64,000 bases of DNA, taken from IMG/VR virus record IMGVR_UViG_3300025108_000024, positions 1 through 64,000 of that record; one strand, written 5' to 3'. This document shows, in pieces, positions 1-7,651 of this stretch (position 1 is the stretch's first letter; each line of letters opens with the position of its first letter). This stretch comes from a virus. The notes below the pieces were generated by a model. That model worked only from the letters and a program-made list of their open reading frames with translations, did no database searches and was not told the DNA's origin. The translations under genes were made by a program, and so were the position numbers.

Positions 1-1892
1 TTACCTGAATTATCTGTTAATTTTGTAGTAATTTTATCATCACCTACAAACTGAACTTCTGCTTGATCTAATACTGGTCCTAATGCTGTACCATCTTTAA
101 CTGTCCAACTAGACATGCTACCTACAGTAGGGAAGTCTTTTAAATTACCTGCACCATCTATATATTCAGTATCATTTCCTGCCCATGTAAGTGATATTGA
201 TGGTGTAGTAGTTGCATCTGCTACTGCTACATCTAAAGCATCACCTGCAGTTGAAGCTTCAACTAAAGTTACTGTTCCTGCATTACCTCCTGGGATTGTT
301 GCCCAATTTCCGTCTTGTCTTAAAAATTGTCCTTCAGTTCCTCCGTTTAGATTTAATTCTATTGTTCCGTTATCTGTTACAGGAGAGTTTGCAACTTGGA
401 AAGCTGCAATATCTGTACTTAAACCAACACTAGTTACAGTTCCTGGGTTTCCTCCTGGAATTGCTGACCATACATTATCTTTACTTAAGAATAAACCTGA
501 AGTATCTGTACCATCTACAGCCGATAATTCTGCTGTTACAACAACATCTCCATCTACAGCACCTGTTGGTGTCATATCAATGTATGTACCATTTTGTGTG
601 TCTACTGTCTCAACTATATTTGCTGGCACACCTGGAATACCATAAACAGTACCATCTATACTTATAGAAGTTAGATCTTCTGTAGGGTTACCTGGGTTAC
701 CTATTACAATAGAGCCACCTGATCCTTCAACCCATGGCACATTAACAACTAATTGTGATGCCTCATTAAATTGTATACCATATGTTCTTAAAGGTTCAGC
801 ACTTACTGGAAGAGCATCTTCTACTTGAACAGTATCATCCCAAAGTTTACCCGTTCCGGTAACAGTAGATGTCATTACTGGAGAACCTAATCCTGTAAGA
901 TCTAATGTATATGTTACATCATCAGTTTGAATAATATGTCCAGCTGCATCAAATGCATAACCTCTGACATTAAACGAATCACCATTGTTTAAGTCTATTT
1001 CTTTATTTGTTCCAAGAACTGTTTGTTCTGCATGTTTTATATTTAATTCAGTATTATTAGAGCTTGGTAAAATCCAATCATCTCCTACAACTTTAAATAC
1101 ACTATCTTGAACACCATCTTTTGTCAATCCAATAAGCCCAAAAGGATCTGTTCCTGAATCAAATGGGACAATCTGATAATCAGAGCCACCAATATTTTCA
1201 TCAACATATTTAATTACGGCTAAAGTTGTAGGAATGGCATAATCAAATGGTTCTGACGCCAATCCTTCTACTGAGTTAGTGATAAGACTAATTTCCTCAT
1301 TATCCATTATTAAATTTGCATTGATAATAATGTCTTTAGTCATTAAACTTTCCTTAAATGTATTCCATAAAAGGTTAGTTGCATCCCAACCAAATGTTTT
1401 TAAACCGTTAACTGTTCCAACTGAAAAGCCAGCATCAACATCTGCTCCTTGAGTATTAAGTTCAATAATATTATCTGCTATTTCTACTATAGTAGATTCA
1501 ATAATAGTTTGTACACCGCGTACTAATAGATCACCTTCAATTTCAGTATTACCTCTTACTAACAAGTTTGCATTTACTATACCTAATTCTGCATCAGCCG
1601 ATTGACTAAACACTGAATCTATAATAGTTTGTACATCACAATTATTAGGATCTGTTGTTGAAAATACAGGTAAAGTATGTTCTGTACCTGTACCACTTAC
1701 CAAGCCTGATATAATATTACACTTTAAATCATCATACCGAATGGCATGAGGAGTCATTTTAGGTGAATATAATGGATTACCTACACTACTTGGTTTTGTT
1801 CTACCAAATTCAAAATAGTCTCTTTTTAGTTCGAGTTCTTTTTTGTCTTGTTTTCTATCTAAAAGATTTAAGACTTCTTGTATAAAGTTCAT
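1..1892 (-). CDS. Fibre-like structural protein, runs off the window edge (not in ORF track)
   Basis: Manual translation: ATG at 1892, MNFIQEVLNLLDRKQDKKELELKRDYFEFGRTKP..., with the same frame open at the window edge (...EVQFVGDDKITTKLTDNSG). G/T/V-rich beta segments such as LLVRGNTEIEGDLLVRG..IADNIIELN are typical of phage fibres. Confidence 0.8.
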   Translation of the reverse strand, partial: MNFIQEVLNLLDRKQDKKELELKRDYFEFGRTKPSSVGNPLYSPKMTPHAIRYDDLKCNIISGLVSGTGTEHTLPVFSTTDPNNCDVQTIIDSVFSQSADAELGIVNANLLVRGNTEIEGDLLVRGVQTIIESTIVEIADNIIELNTQGADVDAGFSVGTVNGLKTFGWDATNLLWNTFKESLMTKDIIINANLIMDNEEISLITNSVEGLASEPFDYAIPTTLAVIKYVDENIGGSDYQIVPFDSGTDPFGLIGLTKDGVQDSVFKVVGDDWILPSSNNTELNIKHAEQTVLGTNKEIDLNNGDSFNVRGYAFDAAGHIIQTDDVTYTLDLTGLGSPVMTSTVTGTGKLWDDTVQVEDALPVSAEPLRTYGIQFNEASQLVVNVPWVEGSGGSIVIGNPGNPTEDLTSISIDGTVYGIPGVPANIVETVDTQNGTYIDMTPTGAVDGDVVVTAELSAVDGTDTSGLFLSKDNVWSAIPGGNPGTVTSVGLSTDIAAFQVANSPVTDNGTIELNLNGGTEGQFLRQDGNWATIPGGNAGTVTLVEASTAGDALDVAVADATTTPSISLTWAGNDTEYIDGAGNLKDFPTVGSMSSWTVKDGTALGPVLDQAEVQFVGDDKITTKLTDNSG

Positions 1893-1910
1893 AATGATCT
1901 ATTTTTATTT

Positions 1911-2156
1911 TTATCTTTTTTTACCTTTGTGAAGGCCATGCTTAGCATGCTGTTTGCCTTTTTTGGTAGCTGCTCTTTTCTTTTTATTTGCTGCTGCTAA
2001 TTTAGCTTTACCTTTTTTAGTACTTTTTAATTTAGCAATAGTTTTTTTTGGTGCATAAACTTCTCCTGTTTCAGAACTCTTTTTACCTGAAGCAGTTGTC
2101 CACTTTTGCTTTGTCCATCTAGTCAGACTTTTTTGTTGTTTAGTTTTTGCCATCAC
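1911..2156 (-). CDS. Small basic protein, C-terminal half of a DUF5872-like domain
   Basis: QKSLTRWTKQKWTTASGKKSSETGEVYAPK motif; very Lys-rich; overlaps upstream gene. Confidence 0.6.
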   Translation of the reverse strand: MMAKTKQQKSLTRWTKQKWTTASGKKSSETGEVYAPKKTIAKLKSTKKGKAKLAAANKKKRAATKKGKQHAKHGLHKGKKR

Positions 2157-2367
2157 ATAATTTTACATTAATAGCTATTAATTCTTTTTCTAATGCAACT
2201 ATTTTATCTTCACACTCATTTATTAATTTTATCTTTTTTTCTAGTCTAGCTTCTATAACTACAATATCATCAGATAATTGTGCTATTTGACTATATGCAA
2301 TACCCATAGTAAATATTATACCTATGATCCAAATTATATTACCAATATTTAGTGTAAGATCTTTCAT
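2140..2367 (-). CDS. Single-TM plus coiled-coil membrane protein (holin/spanin-like)
   Basis: N-terminal hydrophobic IIWIIGIIFTMGIAY followed by heptad-rich helix; TAATG coupling to upstream gene. Confidence 0.6.
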   Translation of the reverse strand: MKDLTLNIGNIIWIIGIIFTMGIAYSQIAQLSDDIVVIEARLEKKIKLINECEDKIVALEKELIAINVKLCDGKN

Positions 2368-2579
2368 TATTTTTTAGTCTTATAGCCTCCACCGTTAGCT
2401 TTGTAACGCTTAGCAAGCATTTGAGCTTTACGTGCGGACCATTGTCCTGGTGCTCCACCTTTACTACCTGCTTTAATTCTATTAAACAAAGCTTTTCTCA
2501 TTCCAGGCTTTGTATAATTCCCAGATGAGTTGACTGTACTTTTCTTTTTAGTTGTTGTTTTTTTTCTTTTAAGTGCCAT
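2367..2579 (-). CDS. Small basic protein, N-terminal half of a DUF5872-like domain
   Basis: YTKPGMR..IKAGSKGGAPGQWSARKAQMLAKRYKANGGGY motif. Confidence 0.65.
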   Translation of the reverse strand: MALKRKKTTTKKKSTVNSSGNYTKPGMRKALFNRIKAGSKGGAPGQWSARKAQMLAKRYKANGGGYKTKK

Positions 2580-2582
2580 ATC

Positions 2583-2810
2583 TTACATTTGATTTAAATC
2601 TTCTAAAGCTTTTATTCTTGTTTCTACTTCAGAATTAATGTATTCTTTTAATTCTTTTAAAGAAACTAAATTTGTTTTCATCTCAGGTTTAGGCTTCAGT
2701 ATTTCTTTTGAAGTCTTATATCTACCAATAGGTAGTACATCTGTGTCAACAGGCTTTACTTTTTTATTTCTTGATATTAATCCTAATATGTCTTGTAATA
2801 AATTCATCAC
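2583..2810 (-). CDS. Small protein consisting of the shared MNxxxDILxL N-terminal module plus a short coiled coil
   Basis: N-terminus aligns by eye with the ORFs starting at 1892 and 4705; ends ETRIKALE. Confidence 0.65.
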   Translation of the reverse strand: MMNLLQDILGLISRNKKVKPVDTDVLPIGRYKTSKEILKPKPEMKTNLVSLKELKEYINSEVETRIKALEDLNQM

Positions 2811-2833
2811 TTAATCTTTTTATTTTTTATTGT

Positions 2834-4705
2834 TTATGCCCACAGCCACTGATTACCATCATAAAATACTGGTACCTTTAAATTTCCACCACCAACAGCA
2901 GGCTGATAATAAGTAGGTGGTACAGAATTAGTTAAATAAGTTCTCATACCTACTACAGGGCTTGTAGGTAAATTAGCAAATGTATATCCTTCTAATACTA
3001 CAACTCCTCTTAGATGTGTTTCTTCAATAGAAGTATTACCTAAAACAACCGTATTATCTCCTTTAGAGATTGCATCATTTCCTATAACTATTTGATTAAT
3101 TGAATCAACGGCTACGCTATTACTTGAAGTTGTATAAGATCCTATCATAATACAACTCTGACCAATATTGATTTCTGTACCAGCAAATTCCCCTATAAGT
3201 ATATTTCTGTCACCATTATAGCCGCTTTGTCCATTAAGTCTTGATCCTGCATTACTACCAATAATTGTATTATTTTTACCAGTTGTAAACCATTCTCCTG
3301 CTTCATAACCTAGAGCTGTATTATGTTCACTTAATATACGGTGTAATGCTTGTGTACCTACAGCTGTATTGAAACTAGATTCAACTAGATATTGCATAAC
3401 TCCATTACCAACGGCTACATTTTCGTCACCTACTAAATTATTAGTCATTGAACTCAGACCAATGGCTACATTTTGACTAGAGCTTATGCTTTTAGCCATA
3501 GCATTAGGACCAATGGCTATATTTGCACTACCAGTTTCATTTAGAGCGTGTGCATAACGACCTAAAGCTGTATTATTACTTCCAGTTGTAAGCTCTCTTT
3601 GTGCCTCATGACCCACAGCAGTATTATTTACTCCGGGCTCAATGGTGTTTTGGTTAGCACCAGAGTTAAATCCAATAAATGTATTAAATCTATTTATTGG
3701 ATCTACTATTGATATTCTACCGTGCACTTCTAAAGCCGCAGTTGTATCTGTTGCTTCGTTAGTTTCACCTATTACTACTGTATTTGAATTGTTATTGTAA
3801 ATGTCATTTCCAATAGCAGTCCATAGACCACTACCACCACCACCAGCAGCTTCAATAGTAAATGTATTACTACCGTTATCTGTTAAAGTAATGTTTGGAC
3901 CAGCTTGCATTGACACTACGTCATTAGTTGCATCTGAACCAGTTAGTGCAAAATTAATATTTCCTGCAACACCTGCAGATCCAAAGTCATATGTAGTATT
4001 ACTACCAGTACCATCTTGACCAGGTTCTCCTTGTATACCTTGTTCACCTTGAATACCCTGATCTCCTTGTGGTCCTTGTTCTCCTTGTTCTCCTTGGATA
4101 CCTTGGTCTCCTTTAGCACCGTCTTGACCGTCTTGACCGTCAGCACCGTCTTGACCAGGATCACCTTTAGGTCCTTGTGGGCCTTCACTTCCACCACCAG
4201 TACAAGTAATTTTTATTTCCTCATTTGCATCATCTATAATAATACCATCACCTGGTACTAATGATTTAAATCTTAATGATTCTCCAACCTTATCTTTATA
4301 AACACCAACTCCGCTTCCTACATTTTCAGCTGTATTAGGTTCACCTTCAGTAGAAAAAACCAATTCATTAAGATTAGTCTCAATATTAATGTTATTACCT
4401 GTAGTAGTTAATGCTCTATAAGTAACTTCACAAGGATTGCTTGTTTGTTGTTTAAAAACAAAATGTGGTTTTTTATTTCCGTTATTTGTAAGATTTATAT
4501 GAGTACATGCTTCCCCTCCACCAGGAGTACCAGTAATTAAATCTTTAACTTTAATTAGCTTTACAGACTTATAGGGAACTGGAGATGCTACACCTAACAT
4601 ATCAGGTTTCTCATGTATTCCAAGAACAATTAAGTCTTCAGGTTTAGCAGCCTTAACTATTTTTTTTCTTTTAAAGAGACTTAATATGTCAGTTAGTATA
4701 TTCAT
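2834..4705 (-). CDS. Fibre protein with collagen segment and YadA-head-like beta-roll repeats
   Basis: Gly-X-Y run GPQGPKGDPGQDG...; repeated NTAVG/NTALG/NIAIG/NVAIG units of about 14 aa. Confidence 0.8.
   Translation of the reverse strand: MNILTDILSLFKRKKIVKAAKPEDLIVLGIHEKPDMLGVASPVPYKSVKLIKVKDLITGTPGGGEACTHINLTNNGNKKPHFVFKQQTSNPCEVTYRALTTTGNNINIETNLNELVFSTEGEPNTAENVGSGVGVYKDKVGESLRFKSLVPGDGIIIDDANEEIKITCTGGGSEGPQGPKGDPGQDGADGQDGQDGAKGDQGIQGEQGEQGPQGDQGIQGEQGIQGEPGQDGTGSNTTYDFGSAGVAGNINFALTGSDATNDVVSMQAGPNITLTDNGSNTFTIEAAGGGGSGLWTAIGNDIYNNNSNTVVIGETNEATDTTAALEVHGRISIVDPINRFNTFIGFNSGANQNTIEPGVNNTAVGHEAQRELTTGSNNTALGRYAHALNETGSANIAIGPNAMAKSISSSQNVAIGLSSMTNNLVGDENVAVGNGVMQYLVESSFNTAVGTQALHRILSEHNTALGYEAGEWFTTGKNNTIIGSNAGSRLNGQSGYNGDRNILIGEFAGTEINIGQSCIMIGSYTTSSNSVAVDSINQIVIGNDAISKGDNTVVLGNTSIEETHLRGVVVLEGYTFANLPTSPVVGMRTYLTNSVPPTYYQPAVGGGNLKVPVFYDGNQWLWA
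4007..4183 (-). repeat. Collagen Gly-X-Y repeat
   Basis: About 20 consecutive GXY triplets; tandem ccgtcttga units in the DNA. Confidence 0.85.
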
Positions 4706-4708
4706 TTT

Positions 4709-4954
4709 TTATTTTTTAGTTTTTTTTGGACCACTATATACTTCACTACCCAATCGCATTGCTTTAACTACTTTATTAGACATGTCTATACCACCTCCAT
4801 AAGTCATTTTAGATAGTAATTTTTCACCACCAGCTTTCATATATCCCATGTTGTTGCGTACTTCTTTTGATAATTTAGGTAATCCTTTATTATCAAATGG
4901 TATTGCTTTTAGCTCAGCACCTGCTTTGTATTTTTTTGTTTTTCCGTATCCCAT
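4709..4954 (-). CDS. Small basic protein with four xxG[GAS]E-type motifs
   Basis: YKAGAE, MKAGGE, MTYGGG, MRLGSE. Confidence 0.7.
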   Translation of the reverse strand: MGYGKTKKYKAGAELKAIPFDNKGLPKLSKEVRNNMGYMKAGGEKLLSKMTYGGGIDMSNKVVKAMRLGSEVYSGPKKTKK

Positions 4955-4955
4955 T

Positions 4956-5102
4956 TTAATAGTCTAATGTTAATGTTGTTATTAATAAAAACACTTTTAT
5001 AGTAGTGTAATCATATTTGTCATCGGGTCTCATTATCTCCCAGCCTAAAGCTAGTCTATCATGTGGCCAATGAAATGCAATTTCTAATGTCCAATCACCC
5101 AT
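4956..5102 (-). CDS. 48-aa small protein (not in ORF track)
   Basis: MGDWTLEIAFHWPHDRLALGWEIMRPDDKYDYTTIKVFLLITTLTLDY*; start overlaps the holin stop (TAATG) and it fills the gap to the next gene. Confidence 0.75.
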   Translation of the reverse strand: MGDWTLEIAFHWPHDRLALGWEIMRPDDKYDYTTIKVFLLITTLTLDY

Positions 5103-5563
5103 TATTTTCTGTCTTGTGCACTTGTCCCATAGTAATAAGCAAAGATGTTACTAATAACAACACCTTCTACCATCCCCATAAGATGTACAAATAAATCGTT
5201 TTCTAATACAGTTGGTTCATACACCACTGCATATATAATAAACACAAAAGAGAATAGACCAACTAAACCAGTAGCAAGCATCATAAAGTCTTTACTACCT
5301 GTTTTTTTAACTTCTATCTCTCTATTTCTTGCTGAGTCTCTATCTTGAACTTCTAGTTCATACATAGACCTAACTTGTTCTAAAGCAGCTGCTTTGTCTT
5401 CTGGTGCAATTGTCTCATCTTTTTCAATAAGATTCTTTACAATACCCAAAACACCTGCATCAGGAAGTAAATCTCCTGCTACACCTAATATACTAGGAGC
5501 AATTTTAGCTAAAAACTTTCCTACTTTAGTTTCTTTGAACTTCTTTTTAGGCTTATCACTCAT
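5102..5563 (-). CDS. Holin (3TM/GTA-holin-like)
   Basis: DRDSARNRE motif, two C-terminal TM helices, FAYYYGTS ending, amphipathic N-terminal helix. Confidence 0.75.
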   Translation of the reverse strand: MSDKPKKKFKETKVGKFLAKIAPSILGVAGDLLPDAGVLGIVKNLIEKDETIAPEDKAAALEQVRSMYELEVQDRDSARNREIEVKKTGSKDFMMLATGLVGLFSFVFIIYAVVYEPTVLENDLFVHLMGMVEGVVISNIFAYYYGTSAQDRK

Positions 5564-5829
5564 TATTTTTTTGTTTTGTTTTTGCTACCGGCTGGTCTAC
5601 CCTTACGCTTTTTACCTGCAGCTGCACTTACAATATCTTTTGATTGTATTGCTGCTTCTTTAAGCTCTTGACCTACATCAGAAATTTCTTCTGATACTCT
5701 TTTAGCTCTACGTTTAGTTTCCTTAACAACAGCTATAGCCTTCTCATCTACAGTTGTTTTAGACCATACCCAGTCCCATCCTTTTTTTAATGAGAAATTC
5801 CAGATTGCACTTAATATTTTTGTGATCAT
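5563..5829 (-). CDS. Hypothetical protein with AT-hook-like basic tail
   Basis: Trp-rich amphipathic N-terminus, helical middle, C-terminal KKRKGRPAGSKNKTKK. Confidence 0.65.
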   Translation of the reverse strand: MITKILSAIWNFSLKKGWDWVWSKTTVDEKAIAVVKETKRRAKRVSEEISDVGQELKEAAIQSKDIVSAAAGKKRKGRPAGSKNKTKK

Positions 5830-5851
5830 AATTTTATTAATTAGTTTATAG

Positions 5852-5883
5852 TATAATATACAAAAAGTTTGAATCTTTTCAAA
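5852..5883 (-). promoter_or_regulatory. Putative promoter, TTTG-N19-TATATTATA
   Basis: Bacteroidota -33/-7 geometry with a variant -7 box; same motif recurs in other intergenic gaps. Confidence 0.6.
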
Positions 5884-5892
5884 ATCATACAG

Positions 5893-6201
5893 TTATAGGT
5901 TTTTCAACCTCTCGTTTTCTTTTTCTAAAAATTCAACCTTAACTCTCAGTGCATGTACCTCTGCTGTTAAAGCAAGCACCTGTTGTCTCATGTCGTCTTT
6001 CTCATTTGCACTCTTTGCAAGTAGGGACTCCATGTTCCGCACTCTTGCTTTTAAATCATCTCTATATTGCATTCCATCACTGTTTACCTTGTCAAACTTT
6101 TGTTCTTCCATCTTGGCTTTATATCTTTGAGATATAAATTGCCAAATCCCGGTAGATCCAGCAACGGTGATAATTGTTATGATTATCTCTGTTAGCTCCA
6201 T
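5893..6201 (-). CDS. Single-TM plus coiled-coil membrane protein (holin/spanin-like)
   Basis: IIITIITVAGSTGIWQFI TM segment, then long heptad repeat ending LEKENERLK. Confidence 0.7.
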   Translation of the reverse strand: MELTEIIITIITVAGSTGIWQFISQRYKAKMEEQKFDKVNSDGMQYRDDLKARVRNMESLLAKSANEKDDMRQQVLALTAEVHALRVKVEFLEKENERLKNL

Positions 6202-6268
6202 GTATAATATATTTTATAAACAAAAAGGATAGCAGATACAAAATATGTATCTTTGTACACTATCTATA

Positions 6269-6301
6269 TATAATATACAAAATCCAAGTGAGATTTTGAA
6301 A
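6269..6301 (-). promoter_or_regulatory. Putative promoter (TTTTGTATATTATA)
   Basis: Same TTTGTATATTA motif as at 5854, 38185 and 52863, upstream of the ORF starting at 6201. Confidence 0.5.
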
Positions 6302-6394
6302 CTTTAAATCTTTAATCTTTAAATTTTAAATATGAAACCAAATAATTTAACTTTTAGCCATAAAACGTAGCATGGAAATAAAATAAAACTACCC

Positions 6395-6426
6395 TTTGGT
6401 AGATTCTTCAATTTTTTGTAAATTGA
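6395..6426 (+). promoter_or_regulatory. Putative nrdBA promoter, TTTG-N20-TAAATTGA
   Basis: -33 TTTG at 6395-6398, 20-nt spacer, -7-like box at 6419-6426. Confidence 0.55.
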
Positions 6427-6432
6427 ATATAC

Positions 6433-6483
6433 ATGAAACAGCTATGGTGTCAAATACTCAATTGACATTATAGCTATTTTTTT
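6433..6483 (+). promoter_or_regulatory. Leader hairpin/terminator with overlapping 10-aa ORF (possible attenuator)
   Basis: 14-bp stem AGCTATGGTGTCAA/TTGACATTATAGCT with two G-U pairs, followed by a T run; ORF MKQLWCQILN* at 6433-6465. Confidence 0.55.
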
Positions 6484-6509
6484 CTCAAACTAAATTTAAA
6501 TATTAATAT

Positions 6510-7490
6510 ATGAACAAAGACATCTTCAAACCAAGAGTGAATATACTACCTTATGAGTATCCACAACTATTAGCTTACAAAGACGCTATCAGACATTCTT
6601 ACTGGATAGATACAGAATTTAATTTTACAGAAGACATACAAGACTTTAAGGTAACTATATCTAAAGAAGAAAAAGATGTAATCAAAAAGACAATGCTTGC
6701 TATTGCACAAATAGAAGTTAACGTTAAAACCTTTTGGGGAGACCTTTACAAGAGAATGCCTATCACAGAAGTAGGTGATGTAGGCTTTACTTTTGCTGAG
6801 TCAGAAGTAAGACATAAAGATGCCTACGCCAGGCTGCTTAGAATACTAGGATTAGAAAAAGAATTTCAATCAGTAGTTGAGGTGCCTGCAATAGAAGGTA
6901 GACTTAAGTACTTAAAGAAGTATCTAGATGGTACACGTTCTAGAGACAATAAAATGTATACTAAATCTGTATTGCTATTCTCTTTATTTATAGAGCATGT
7001 AAGCTTGTTTAGTCAGTTCTTAATTATGATGAGCTTTAACAAAGAAAAGAATGTACTTAAAGGTATATCTAATGTTGTTGAGGCTACTAGTAAAGAAGAG
7101 GAAATACATGGTAACTTTGGAGCAGAGTTAATTAACATTATCAAGAAAGAAAATCCTGAATGGTTTGATCAAGAGTTTGAAGATCTGATTGACTCAGCAT
7201 GTAGAAAAGCATATAGAGCAGAGTGTGGAATACTTGATTGGATCTTTGAGAAAGGAGAACTTAGCTTCTTACCACAGAATACAATACAACACTTTATTAA
7301 AAACAGATTTAATAACTCTTTAGATAAAATAGGTATGAAGCCTATATTTGAGGTAGATCAAGAACTATTAAAATCAGTAGAATGGTTTGACATAGAGATA
7401 ACAGGTACCAAAGAAGGAGACTTCTTTTATAAGAAAAGTGTTGACTATAATAAGAAAAGCAAGAGCATCACAGAAGATGATCTATTTTAA
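6510..7490 (+). CDS. nrdB: Ribonucleotide reductase class I beta subunit (class Id-like)
   Basis: Ferritin-like ligands E69, E99xxH102, IEHV, EEEIH; Y106; C-terminal DFFYKKSVDY. Confidence 0.95.
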   Translation: MNKDIFKPRVNILPYEYPQLLAYKDAIRHSYWIDTEFNFTEDIQDFKVTISKEEKDVIKKTMLAIAQIEVNVKTFWGDLYKRMPITEVGDVGFTFAESEVRHKDAYARLLRILGLEKEFQSVVEVPAIEGRLKYLKKYLDGTRSRDNKMYTKSVLLFSLFIEHVSLFSQFLIMMSFNKEKNVLKGISNVVEATSKEEEIHGNFGAELINIIKKENPEWFDQEFEDLIDSACRKAYRAECGILDWIFEKGELSFLPQNTIQHFIKNRFNNSLDKIGMKPIFEVDQELLKSVEWFDIEITGTKEGDFFYKKSVDYNKKSKSITEDDLF

Positions 7491-7500
7491 TAATTACATA

Positions 7501-7641
7501 ATGAATTCAGAACAAACAACAGGTAATACCCAACTAAATACAGAAAGAGGAAACTTTAATCAAAGAGTTTCTAAATTTATGATGTTGGGTAAATCTAAAA
7601 AAGTCCAGTGGGACAACAAGAGAAGAAACAGAACAATTTAA
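7501..7641 (+). CDS. 46-aa hypothetical protein between nrdB and nrdA
   Basis: ATG at 7501 after an A-rich spacer; MNSEQTTGNTQLNTERGNFNQRVSKFMMLGKSKKVQWDNKRRNRTI*; fills the gap. Confidence 0.55.
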   Translation: MNSEQTTGNTQLNTERGNFNQRVSKFMMLGKSKKVQWDNKRRNRTI

Positions 7642-7651
7642 ACAAACCAAC

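Noticed and set aside
115-667. Plus-strand ORFs 115-645, 212-433 and 461-667
   Set aside because: Antisense shadows of the long minus-strand ORF 1-1892 that the track omitted because it runs off the edge.
6234-6255. Plus-strand TATCTTTG box within a short AGATACA/TGTATCT hairpin
   Set aside because: Exact -7 match but no -33 TTG at proper spacing and about 250 nt from nrdB; possible secondary promoter, insufficient support.
7438-7500. Upstream start of the 7438-7641 ORF
   Set aside because: Non-ATG start overlapping the nrdB 3' end; ATG at 7501 has a typical A-rich context.
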